Origin: a bacterium
Lineage (GTDB): Bacteria > JAMOTN01
Direction: 5' to 3'
DNA: 59,065 nt
Assembly: GCA_027062325.1 (NCBI GenBank)
Contig: JAMOTN010000003.1
Span: forward strand, 1 to 59,065
Shown: positions 36,001-44,342 of the stretch, in pieces
Numbering within the stretch: the first letter of the stretch is position 1
Layout of the letters: each line of letters starts with the position of its first letter
Notes under the pieces: generated by a model
What the model was told of the DNA's origin: nothing
What the model saw: only the letters and a program-made list of their open reading frames with translations
Database searches by the model: none
Translations under genes and position numbers: made by a program

Positions 36001-37513
36001 CTTTAAACTTACTTCGCGTTCTCTCAATAAGCGGTATAACTTCTCCACCCTTCTCTTTAGAACTTTCAGGATCCTCGCTTACAAGCTCTGCCTCAACCTC
36101 TTCAACAATTTCTTCACCCAATTCCTCCTTAGATTCATCTGCTTCCTTTACAACCTCACCTGCGTTTTCTTCTACTAAAATAGCCTCGCTGCTACTTTCA
36201 CCTTCTACTTGTCCTGGCTCCTTACCTGTGTGAGCCTCCGTTTCTTCAACACTTACTCCTTCCTTTTGCTGTATAAACTCAAGCAAATCCTCCCCTGCCT
36301 CTTCGGTAAACTCTAACTCCTCAAAACCAGAATCAGGTTCATTGGGAAGCTCAACAGATTCTTCACCACTCATCTCAGAGCTATCATCAACAAGCAGTTC
36401 CAGTTCCTCTCCTGATGAATCCCCAGAAGCACTTGTCTCTTCTAAGGATAAAACTTCAGCATCTGAACTCTCCTCTAACATCAACTCTTCTCCAGCATCC
36501 AGTGACAACTCAAGTTCTGCTCCCTCATCTGCCTTTTCATCACTTAAAGTTTCCCCACTTAGCAACTCTAAATCTTCTCCTAAATCTCCCACGCCAGCAT
36601 CCGAGACCGTTTGCTTAGTCTCCTCTTCTCCAAGTTTTTCTAAATCAAGCTCCTCTGCACCATCTAAAGACAATTCAAGTTCACTAGAATCCAATTCCAA
36701 ACTTAAATCTTCACCACTTGGGGAGTCGGAAGCATTCTCTTCTCCATCAACAGTTAACTTAACTTCATCTCCACCAAGATCCCCAAGATCCAACTCACCA
36801 TCTAAAGATATCTCTTCTATTCCATGACCTTCACCTGTTTGGCTATCACTTCCTTCCAACTCAAGCCCTAAGTCCCCACCTTCAACATCCAAATCAAGGC
36901 TTATATCTCCTTCACTCAATCCATCATCCGTCAGTTCAAGCTCTATCACTTCTTCAGATGAACTTGAAGCTCCCTCCTGCTCAGTCGCCTCATTTTCCCC
37001 CGATAAATCAAGCTCAACCTCTTCCATTCCCAAATCTGAAATATCCATATCACCAACATCCAAATCCAACTCTATTACATCTTCACCTAAACTTTCAGAA
37101 GCTTGAGCTGTCGACTTTGCCGACTGATCATCTGAGCCTTCACCAGCCTCAACCTTAGTATCTTCTGCGCCAACATCCACATCTAAACCATCAAGTTCAA
37201 GATCACCTAAATCCAAATCAGCATCCAAATCTATTTCTATCTCATCAGTTCCTTCAGAGGCTGCTTCTCCACTCGCCTGTTTTGCGGAAAGCTGATCAGT
37301 AGAACTCTCTGTTCCCACTCCTGCTGAAGTAGCAGAGTCCGCAGCTGTGCCGTCATCTAATCCATCCATTCCTAAATCCAATTCCAAATCTAGATCATCA
37401 ACATCAAGATCCAAATCCAACTCAAGATCTAAATCTCCTCCCAAATCAGCCCCGCATTTTTCACACTTTTTAGCACCTTCCGGATTCTCAGCTCCACACT
37501 TAGGACACTTCAT
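33047..37513 (-). CDS. giant zinc-ribbon / polyacidic / HEAT (PBS-lyase-type) repeat protein, 1,488 aa
   Basis: GGAGGG SD. N-terminus is MKCPKCGAENPEGAKKCEKCG. About 470 aa of D/E/L/G/S-rich sequence follow (LDLELDLDLDVDDLDLELDLG...). After that, more than 20 repeats of the type VR..AA.ALG.IGD.RAV..L. Confidence 0.85.
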   Translation of the reverse strand: MKCPKCGAENPEGAKKCEKCGADLGGDLDLELDLDLDVDDLDLELDLGMDGLDDGTAADSATSAGVGTESSTDQLSAKQASGEAASEGTDEIEIDLDADLDLGDLELDGLDVDVGAEDTKVEAGEGSDDQSAKSTAQASESLGEDVIELDLDVGDMDISDLGMEEVELDLSGENEATEQEGASSSSEEVIELELTDDGLSEGDISLDLDVEGGDLGLELEGSDSQTGEGHGIEEISLDGELDLGDLGGDEVKLTVDGEENASDSPSGEDLSLELDSSELELSLDGAEELDLEKLGEEETKQTVSDAGVGDLGEDLELLSGETLSDEKADEGAELELSLDAGEELMLEESSDAEVLSLEETSASGDSSGEELELLVDDSSEMSGEESVELPNEPDSGFEELEFTEEAGEDLLEFIQQKEGVSVEETEAHTGKEPGQVEGESSSEAILVEENAGEVVKEADESKEELGEEIVEEVEAELVSEDPESSKEKGGEVIPLIERTRSKFKEEVEESGEAASEDVLDNVVVYVPQEKEENIAARIIEAINSENEDEAYEAILKAGELRLTEAVEALIEKLSVPQKDIKDAVVEALGKIKDDRAVQPLMELLKRETDEDTCYLIIQALGEIGSPASSELLMKFLDNENDDLVYVAAEALGKIGETKAVEKLVLMLEEASEDLRYIAAKSLGLLRATEAVPHLCRLASDMSPMVRAAVAESLGLIKDTEALQTLIELLEDEDQEVVEAAAAALGELGLEEAVTPLLRVLPTAGLYLRRTIAEALGKIASPLATEGLISLLDDEDEEVVLRAIDALGRIADPKAVEFLVRKLEEVEGEIKIRLVRALGMIKDEEAFDALAKTAFDPDPEVREAASWSLGELGLKKASEILIELLEDPSVDVRIAAVNALGKIKVAEAIEPLLALIEREKKGVLVEKILWSLVEIGEPAVIPIISRLDVVDDEVRTELIKTLGRIRDVRAAEALMELAERRGVTQELLDALWDIDEHFLRTESLKPSYSLDWAWVRKDVMELMGDNGDIRSVEIFLSLIRDTVNVEEAAQEYDYTLQKVLRESLEAMRRQVANVAGGFNLSELVKRIDEEIDYSDEGTIKWFIYTLGKSRLKDAEDKLLSYLIEGREKVSEEWVEKALLARKNPELVGKLVVALGAAENRISIIRLLGKMKNPEAIGALANLLGDPDDAVRFEVVKALGEMATGEAASDVAKRLLLALKDSDASVRREAIKVLGKVGEVSHVEQLALMLKDENEEVRMEAVRAIAQIEDSRAVVILLSALEDTSAKVRALACEKLGELNSEEVVDKLIGMLKDEDVEVRVAAVEALGKIGDIRAVVPLTVMLDDPDPKLKGKVVEVLRRMGKSIVKPLVAALRDEREVIRQKAVEVLAKFKYPEAVPLLIDMLSEPSRYAREAASKALGLMRAREAVDGLAMLLNDRSKQVRATAAWSLGEIGDVAAIVPLRAALKDKSRLVRQKASEALKKIYQKNKL

Positions 37514-39035
37514 ACTCTTCCCTCCAACGTTTTATTTCACTTTTTATCCTTTCAATAATTCTATACGAAAGCGGCTTCGAAGCCCATCCTTCTATAATTC
37601 TCTTCGGCACTTTTGATAAAAATGAACAAACTCTTTCAGCAGCAGACAGCTCCACACTTATGTAATCAACCCCTGTAACAAGACACAGGACTGCCCCTTC
37701 AGGATCAGAAGCCAACTGTCCACAAACTCCAACCTCTTTTCCCGATCGTTTAGCAGCATTTACAATTCTCTTGATAGCCATAACAACTGCAGGATTCTTA
37801 TCATTAAAGTAAAGCTCTCCTTCTGGATCTCTCCTATCAGCCGCAAATAAAAGAGTCGTTAAATCATTTGTTCCAACACTGACAAAATCAGCAAACTCCA
37901 GCCATGATAAATCCACCACCAAAGCAGGCACTTCGACCAAAACTCCTACCTCACAACTCACATTGTATCTTCTAATGACACTCCTTACCTCGGCAACTTC
38001 CCACGCCTCAGACACGAATGGCACCAAAATTTTAAAATTATCGTATCCTCTCCTTTGAAGTTCACGAAAAGCTAAAAGTTGATTCACTCTCAACCTTTCA
38101 TCCTTTAACCATCTTCTAACTCCTCTAAAGTAAGGGGAACTTCCATCTCCTGCTAAAACTTTATCACCACCTACATCAGCTAATCTAAGTATCACATCAT
38201 CAAACTCTACAAGCAAACTCTCATAAAATTCTAACTGTTCCTCCACACTCCACTTTCCTTTAAGATAAAGAAATTCAGTCCTAACCAAACCAATTTTTTT
38301 AAACCCAACTTTTTGGGCTTTATCAACGTCAACCTGTGAATTAATATTAACCCTCATAATACAATTCTCACTTAACCGTCCCGAACACATTTCTTTAAAA
38401 TCTCTGGTATAGCGCCGCTTACCAATCTCGACTACCATCTTCTCAGTATCAAATCCTAAATATTCTTTTCCTTCCAACTCAGATACATCCGATACCACAA
38501 AGTAAGGTATGCCGTAAGAGCGCAAAATCAGGGCTAGATGAGAATGCTCATTCGCCCTCTCAACACAAACCCCCTTCACCTTACTTAAATCAAATCTGGC
38601 AATCAAATCTATACCAACTTCAGGAGCTATTACTACAACTTCCTCATCAACCTTTTGCCAACCACTCAACCAATCAATTAAAAACTTAGTAGCAAAGGCT
38701 AGATCGTTTATCCGAACTTTTATAAAAGGATCTGTAAACTCAGAAAGTTTTTTCACAGTATTATAAGTTGCCCTTTTCAGAGCTTCTATCACATCACCTG
38801 TTGATAAGTACTCTTTATAGAGAAGCTCATTGAACTCTTCATCTCCCTCTATAAGAGAAGCTAGGTATTCATAAGCCTCTCCACCTTGCTTTAAACATTC
38901 ACTTATAAGCTGACTACGCCTTCTTTGAAACTCCTCCCAGCTAATTTTTTTACGAACAGGTTCTTTGAAAAAAAATGCCCTTCCACTCCCACGCCCCGGC
39001 ACTATTACTCTTTCTATTTTCAGAATTGTAGCCAC
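37500..39035 (-). CDS. Enzyme-I-like PEP-utilising phosphotransferase (PtsI family), orphan
   Basis: GTG start after AGGGGGAG. His loop EHSHLALILRSYGIPYFVV, then GLVRTEFLYL, RLADVGGDK, LVEVPALV, FVSVGTNDLT. Cys loop VGVCGQLASDP. 511 aa. Confidence 0.8.
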   Translation of the reverse strand: MATILKIERVIVPGRGSGRAFFFKEPVRKKISWEEFQRRRSQLISECLKQGGEAYEYLASLIEGDEEFNELLYKEYLSTGDVIEALKRATYNTVKKLSEFTDPFIKVRINDLAFATKFLIDWLSGWQKVDEEVVVIAPEVGIDLIARFDLSKVKGVCVERANEHSHLALILRSYGIPYFVVSDVSELEGKEYLGFDTEKMVVEIGKRRYTRDFKEMCSGRLSENCIMRVNINSQVDVDKAQKVGFKKIGLVRTEFLYLKGKWSVEEQLEFYESLLVEFDDVILRLADVGGDKVLAGDGSSPYFRGVRRWLKDERLRVNQLLAFRELQRRGYDNFKILVPFVSEAWEVAEVRSVIRRYNVSCEVGVLVEVPALVVDLSWLEFADFVSVGTNDLTTLLFAADRRDPEGELYFNDKNPAVVMAIKRIVNAAKRSGKEVGVCGQLASDPEGAVLCLVTGVDYISVELSAAERVCSFLSKVPKRIIEGWASKPLSYRIIERIKSEIKRWREEYEVS

Positions 39036-39056
39036 CTGTCTCCCCCTTGTGCTGTA

Positions 39057-39536
39057 TTACTCTTCTTCATCATTTCCTGAAAACTCAGGAGTAACCCACT
39101 TCTCTATGTCTCGTTTTACAGAATATATCTCCTCATCTGTAAAGAAAATACTCATCTCACGCCTTGCACTCTCTTGAGAATCAGAAGCATGAACAACATT
39201 ATAAGTTACGAAAACCGAAAAATCTCCCCTTATACTACCCGGAGTACTACCATCTGGAGATGTTGCTCCTATTAACTTTCTTACAATTTTTACAACTTCA
39301 GGTCCTTCCCAGACCATCAACATAACGGGGGAGGAAGTAACAAAATTTACTAGCTTTTCATAGAAAGTTTTCCCCTTGTGTACTTTGTAAAGCTCTTGAG
39401 CCTCTTCCCTGGTCAACCGCTTGAACTTGGCAGCTATAAGACGCAATCCTGCCTTCTCAAGACGGGATATAACCTCCCCTATAAGCCCCCTCTGATATGC
39501 ATCAGGTTTTGTCATAACAAAGGTTCTCTCTATCAT
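39057..39536 (-). CDS. ndk: nucleoside-diphosphate kinase
   Basis: Start set at ATG 39536 (GGGGGTGG SD). MIERTFVMTKPDA, GATSP...PGSIRGDF, NVVHASDS (catalytic His). Confidence 0.95.
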   Translation of the reverse strand: MIERTFVMTKPDAYQRGLIGEVISRLEKAGLRLIAAKFKRLTREEAQELYKVHKGKTFYEKLVNFVTSSPVMLMVWEGPEVVKIVRKLIGATSPDGSTPGSIRGDFSVFVTYNVVHASDSQESARREMSIFFTDEEIYSVKRDIEKWVTPEFSGNDEEE

Positions 39537-39549
39537 AAAAGCCACCCCC

Positions 39550-40029
39550 TTAATCCTTCATTTCAAGGCGCATTATCCATCGATCTTCTCCTTCACCGTA
39601 CAAATTCTCAACAAACTTCTCTTTTTCAAATCCAAAACTCTCATACAGTTTTATTGCAATATCATTCTTAGGAGAAACTGTCAGTTTTACCCTCTTTACT
39701 CCCCACTTTTTCAAATCCTTCAACACCACATCCAATAAAAATTTTCCTAAACCCTTCGATTGATAATCTGGGTGTATGGATATTGCAAATAGATGCGCTT
39801 CCTCTGCTTGCCACGCTCTGAATATCTCACAGCTTCCGATAACAAACCCAAACTCATCAACTAATGCATAAACTCTTCCAAACTCTATAAATGGGGCAAG
39901 GATCCACCTGTTAACAGCAGCATCTTTGAAGGTAATTTTTTCAAGTTCCTCTATCCCTCTTATTATCTCCTCATCTTCTAAGCCAACTATAACTACACTT
40001 TTTCCGCTATGAGTATCGAGTACGTCCAA
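39550..40029 (-). CDS. GNAT family N-acetyltransferase (RimI-like)
   Basis: AISIHPDYQSKGLGKFLLDVVL...LTVSPKNDIAIKLYESFGFE (acetyl-CoA binding motif A region). Confidence 0.8.
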   Translation of the reverse strand: MDVLDTHSGKSVVIVGLEDEEIIRGIEELEKITFKDAAVNRWILAPFIEFGRVYALVDEFGFVIGSCEIFRAWQAEEAHLFAISIHPDYQSKGLGKFLLDVVLKDLKKWGVKRVKLTVSPKNDIAIKLYESFGFEKEKFVENLYGEGEDRWIMRLEMKD

Positions 40030-40730
40030 AGATAAAACACCTCCTCAGGAAAATCACGCTTGATACCACTTTTTATCTTCTCAATCTCTTTATCACTCAG
40101 CAATTCAAATGTAGTGAAAATTCTCTTATCTATGCGCTCTATTATTCTACTTGTCTTCTCTCTCAAGTGCTTACACTTTCCAATGTATGAGAAGTTGTCA
40201 AACCCCACTTCCTCCAGAAGAGCATGTATATCTGGTAAATCAGGAATCCTCTCTTCATCCTTCTTTCTGTACTCATCGCTGTAAGCGGAAAACAAACTAT
40301 TCGCTATATCCTCATGTGACAACGTAACAATGAGAATTATTCCACCTTTTTTCAAAACGCGCCAAAACTCTTTTGCTGCTTTAAAAGGATGCTGAAGGTG
40401 ATGCCACACAAACGAAACCAACACAACATTAAAGCTTCCTTCAGCAAATGGAATATTATGAGCATCTGCGCATACCAAATTTCTCGTGTATTTTTTGCTT
40501 TTCTCCAACATTGAAAAACTTAGATCCATTCCAACAGTCCAATTTCTCTTCACCAGTTCCTGAAGGGCTCTTCCGCTCCCGCATCCAACATCCAAAACCC
40601 TGGCTCCCATTGGGATAAATCCAAACACATCAGGGGGATAGTCATTCAAAATATTGTAGTAATCAGCTTTTTTCTCAAAGAACTCCTTTGTATCAAGCGA
40701 CACAGAAAATCTCCTCCTAGGCACATCCAA
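39993..40730 (-). CDS. class I SAM-dependent methyltransferase
   Basis: VLDVGCGSGR (motif I), FNVVLVSFVWHHL, LKKGGIILIV. Start uncertain (TTG 40730 or GTG 40724). Confidence 0.8.
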   Translation of the reverse strand: MDVPRRRFSVSLDTKEFFEKKADYYNILNDYPPDVFGFIPMGARVLDVGCGSGRALQELVKRNWTVGMDLSFSMLEKSKKYTRNLVCADAHNIPFAEGSFNVVLVSFVWHHLQHPFKAAKEFWRVLKKGGIILIVTLSHEDIANSLFSAYSDEYRKKDEERIPDLPDIHALLEEVGFDNFSYIGKCKHLREKTSRIIERIDKRIFTTFELLSDKEIEKIKSGIKRDFPEEVFYLWTYSILIAEKV

Positions 40731-42072
40731 TCCTTTTCAAATGACTGGCTACTATTAAATTTTGCCAAAAATCAGCTCTCTTTTCCAAAAAGTCTCGAGC
40801 CCATCTCAATACTTTTTCCGTATGCATTTCTAACAAGAGCATCTGCATCATTTTCAAATCGTAAAAGTCATAGAGCAAACTTTTAATAGGAGCAGTAAAC
40901 TTGTAATCTTCTACCTCTACGTCAACTCTACTTTTATTCGCCACCACAACATCCCCTACACCAACCTCAACCCCCATCTTAGCACTTCCACCGTTAACCA
41001 ACGAATTTGCTACCACCCACGCGGAGTAAAAACATTCAAGTAACGAATTGGAAGCAAGCCTGTTTTTCCCATGAAAACCTGAGTACACAAGCTCCCCTGC
41101 AGCATAGACATCAGCTAAAATTCCACCCACTGAAACAACTCTAAAATCACTATCAACTTTTACTCCACCCATAGTGTAGTGAGCAACCGGAGTAATTGGA
41201 ACTTTCTCTTTAGGAATAGAAAATTTTTCTAAAAAAGACAAAACTTGTGGAAAATTATCTAAATCAACTCTACTCAAATCAAGATACGCTTTTTTACCAG
41301 AAATTTCAATTTCTAATATCGCTCGCGACACGTTAAAACGATTATCCAATGGATCCACAAACTCCACTCCATCATCATCAACAAGGCGCGCCCCCTCTCC
41401 TCTCAATGCCTCAGTCAAAAGCGGCAATGGAGTAACACCAACGCTCAAAGCAGTAGGATGAAATTGTATCCAATCTAAATTTGAGAAAACCACTCCTTTT
41501 AAGGCTGTATGCAATAAAGCAGGATAAAAATCATTAGTGGTTGAAGCAAATGAACTTGCATAACCTCCAAAAGCCAGCACTAACTTATCAGCCACTAACA
41601 CAAAAGATGGAGTTAGAACCGCTCGATTTTCTAAATCAACTCCTTCCACTCTCGAAACAAAAAATCTGACATTCTCAAAGCGCCTCACATAGTTAAAAAG
41701 CAGTGAAGTAATCTTTAACCCCGTATAATCTTTATATGCCCAAATTCTACGCCTGCGGTGTCCACCTTCTCTCCTTTTTTCAGTAGCAGTAAACCCTATC
41801 TCTTCAAATGTTTCCTTTAAAACAGGTGTAAAGCCAATAACCTCTTTAAGTAAATCTATGTCAGCTGTAAAAAAAGAGGCCTTTAGTGTATCCGACACCC
41901 ACTCCTGATCTTCAGGTACAACTATCCCTCCTTGCGCTTTCTTGCTCTGCGAATCTGGAAGTCCAACAAGGCATATTCTCAAAGAGCAATCATTTTTTAA
42001 GAGAAAATAGGCAGTTGCCAACGCTGAAACACCCATTCCAACAACAATCACATCAAAGGTTAATTTTTCCAT
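40717..42072 (-). CDS. nadB: L-aspartate oxidase (short form)
   Basis: DVIVVGMGVSAL FAD loop, IQFHPT, HYTMGGVKVD, GELVYSGFHGKNRLASNSLLECF. 451 aa with GGAGG SD. Confidence 0.8.
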   Translation of the reverse strand: MEKLTFDVIVVGMGVSALATAYFLLKNDCSLRICLVGLPDSQSKKAQGGIVVPEDQEWVSDTLKASFFTADIDLLKEVIGFTPVLKETFEEIGFTATEKRREGGHRRRRIWAYKDYTGLKITSLLFNYVRRFENVRFFVSRVEGVDLENRAVLTPSFVLVADKLVLAFGGYASSFASTTNDFYPALLHTALKGVVFSNLDWIQFHPTALSVGVTPLPLLTEALRGEGARLVDDDGVEFVDPLDNRFNVSRAILEIEISGKKAYLDLSRVDLDNFPQVLSFLEKFSIPKEKVPITPVAHYTMGGVKVDSDFRVVSVGGILADVYAAGELVYSGFHGKNRLASNSLLECFYSAWVVANSLVNGGSAKMGVEVGVGDVVVANKSRVDVEVEDYKFTAPIKSLLYDFYDLKMMQMLLLEMHTEKVLRWARDFLEKRADFWQNLIVASHLKRIGCA

Positions 42073-42086
42073 TTAAACCTCCAAAA

Positions 42087-42680
42087 TCATTCGAACTTGA
42101 AAGTTTCGGCTACCTGTTCGGAATTTATTGCTCCCTCTCTTAACACTTCAAAACTAACACTTTCTCCTTCAACAATCAACTTCACCACAGTTGAAGCCTC
42201 TTTTAAAAGACAGCGCCCCATCAAAACGACATCAGCCGCTTCCAAAAATGGTCTCGGTATCTCATCCCACCTGATCACTTCCGGTTCTCCAGAAACATTT
42301 AAACTCGTTCCCCAAACAGGCCCCGCCCAATCAACAAATTCCCAAAATACAGGCATATCAGGACACCTTAGTCCCAGAAAACCGGTAGAAGTCATCTTAG
42401 GATACTCTCTGCAAAACTTCTCACTAGGCTTAACTAAAATTGTGAGAGGCCCCGGCCAAAAATTCTTAGCAAAGCTAACTAAATATGGTCTTGCAATCTC
42501 TAAGTAATCCTCATCTATCAACTCCATGTAATCAACTGATGGGGAAATATGGAGTGAAAATGGTTTGTTATAATCTCTTCCCTTTAGTTCATAAATTTTA
42601 TCTACTCCTACCATATCATCAAAAGTTGCTCCAACGCCATAAACTGTCTCTGTTGGAAATATTACTATCACTTTAATCAA
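42087..42680 (-). CDS. tsaC: L-threonylcarbamoyladenylate synthase (YrdC/TsaC family), short N-terminus
   Basis: FPTETVYGVGA, KGRDYNKPFSLHI, WPGPLTIL, GTSLNVSGEP. Only about 8 residues precede the PTETVYG motif. Confidence 0.7.
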   Translation of the reverse strand: MIKVIVIFPTETVYGVGATFDDMVGVDKIYELKGRDYNKPFSLHISPSVDYMELIDEDYLEIARPYLVSFAKNFWPGPLTILVKPSEKFCREYPKMTSTGFLGLRCPDMPVFWEFVDWAGPVWGTSLNVSGEPEVIRWDEIPRPFLEAADVVLMGRCLLKEASTVVKLIVEGESVSFEVLREGAINSEQVAETFKFE

Positions 42681-42709
42681 CCCCCAAGGAGTTGCACTTA
42701 TTCAGAGCA

Positions 42710-44260
42710 TTATTTTTTACCCTCAAAATTGCTTTCAGAAAAGACAAGAGCTTCAAATGCATAAAGTTGGGTATCCTTATCCTGCCATGCATCCGGAGGA
42801 AGCCCTGCTTTGAAACACACGTGTTGCAAAAACTCCTCTCTATCCCACCCCCACTCAACCGGCACTTGCGGCAATAACAATCCAGACTTCCAACCCTTCT
42901 TTATATACAACCCATGCTTTCCCACAATAACCTCTTCAGGACTTATAGGATAAAGAGGAGTAAGAACGGATATTTCTACTTCCAAAGAGGGAAGCTCATC
43001 CAAGGTCACAGGCGGAAAGCGTGGATCGTGAACAGCCGCTGCAATTGCTGCCTCCTGAACTGTTTTCCAAAGAGGTTGGGTTCCTATTATATAGCCTATA
43101 CATCCACGCAGTGCTTTTTCTTTAGGAACTGATCGCCTATTTAAAGTCACAAAAGCACCCGCCTTTTCAAGCACATTTGAACTGAGTTTACCTGCACGTA
43201 CAAGTTCTTCAACCTCTTCAGCAGCGTTGTAAACTTCTCGTGACGACAAATAAGCTTCTATCGTTTTTCTAGCAAGCTCTAAAAGATACCGCTTATCTTC
43301 ATCCGTTAAACTAAACATGGGCACCCTCCTTCCTTTAGCAGTGAATACCAATCCCGCATATCCTACAACACTTGTAGTATCACCAGTAGTATCAGCACTA
43401 GTAGCCGTTGCTACAACCTTTCCTTTACATCCATTGTACAACAATTTGAGTAACTTCAAAGCAACCAAAGTAGCATTTAAACCGCACATTTCAATCTCTC
43501 CAGAACGCGCCAACTTATATAATCCAACTTCATCTAGCTTAACTAGCTTTTCAAGTGCTCTATCATCCATTCTTCTTACAACAGAAAGGGGTTTATAATG
43601 AGCAAAATCACTGCTTATAACTATAAGAGCTCTTTCCTTCTCAAGTGCCTTATAAAGAGCACTTGCAACAACATAAGCCATTTCCAAATCCAACCAGCCT
43701 ACCAACAAAGGCAAAACCTCTATCTCACGCTTAGCCAAATACTGGATAAACGGCAACTCAACTTCAATCGCATGTTCCCTTTCTTCTGCAGGTCTTGCAG
43801 TGGTGAAGTAGCGTTTTCCATACAACCTAGAAGCCAGCCATCCTGCTACCTTAACTTTCCCAAGAGGAGTTGAGTAGTACTCAAATGTTGGCAAAGCCAC
43901 CCCTGTAAAATTTCCATAGTGAGATGGAGCAAGCAACACTACCACATTATACCTTTTCCAATTCACCTGTTTAAAGACTGCAGCAGCCACTTTGCCAGAA
44001 TACACCCAACCAGCATGCGGCACTAAAGCACCTACTATCTTGTCCTTGAAGGTTAGAATTTTAGCACGTGAGGCAAAATCTTCAAGTGCCTTTTCTAGAA
44101 CATCTTTGTCTTTGGGATAAAACATGCCAGCAACAGCAGAGGATCGAGTATTAGATTGGAATACATTACAAGCTGCAAACACTTGAGCAGAGATCACAAA
44201 CTGCAAAACTGCAAAAACTAAAAATATTTTAACTATAAATTTACCTTTATCAACATTCAA
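42710..44260 (-). CDS. Memo-like (AmmeMemoRadiSam protein B) + AMMECR1 (protein A) fusion with an N-terminal lipoprotein-type signal
   Basis: TTG start after GAGGGTGA. Signal MNVDKGKFIVKIFLVFAVLQFVISAQVFAAC. Memo motifs: VPHAGWVYSG, LLAPSH, EHAIEVELPFIQY, SSDFAHY, MCGLNA. AMMECR1 motifs: GAFVTL, LRGCIG, HDPRFPPV, LEVEISVLTP, GLLLPQV. Confidence 0.8.
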   Translation of the reverse strand: MNVDKGKFIVKIFLVFAVLQFVISAQVFAACNVFQSNTRSSAVAGMFYPKDKDVLEKALEDFASRAKILTFKDKIVGALVPHAGWVYSGKVAAAVFKQVNWKRYNVVVLLAPSHYGNFTGVALPTFEYYSTPLGKVKVAGWLASRLYGKRYFTTARPAEEREHAIEVELPFIQYLAKREIEVLPLLVGWLDLEMAYVVASALYKALEKERALIVISSDFAHYKPLSVVRRMDDRALEKLVKLDEVGLYKLARSGEIEMCGLNATLVALKLLKLLYNGCKGKVVATATSADTTGDTTSVVGYAGLVFTAKGRRVPMFSLTDEDKRYLLELARKTIEAYLSSREVYNAAEEVEELVRAGKLSSNVLEKAGAFVTLNRRSVPKEKALRGCIGYIIGTQPLWKTVQEAAIAAAVHDPRFPPVTLDELPSLEVEISVLTPLYPISPEEVIVGKHGLYIKKGWKSGLLLPQVPVEWGWDREEFLQHVCFKAGLPPDAWQDKDTQLYAFEALVFSESNFEGKK

Positions 44261-44342
44261 CTCTCATCACCCTCAAAAATTTTATCAAATTAGCGATATT
44301 ATGTGAGAGAAGTGCAAGTAAACTTGAAAAGGAGGAATAAAC

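Noticed and set aside
33144-36827. Several long plus-strand ORFs (192, 161, 115 aa and others; Ser/Pro/Leu-rich) inside the HEAT-repeat gene
   Set aside because: They are antisense to a 1,488-codon ORF with clear repeat architecture. Their low-complexity Ser-rich composition is the mirror image of the GAA/GAG/GAT-rich sense strand, and they have no SDs.
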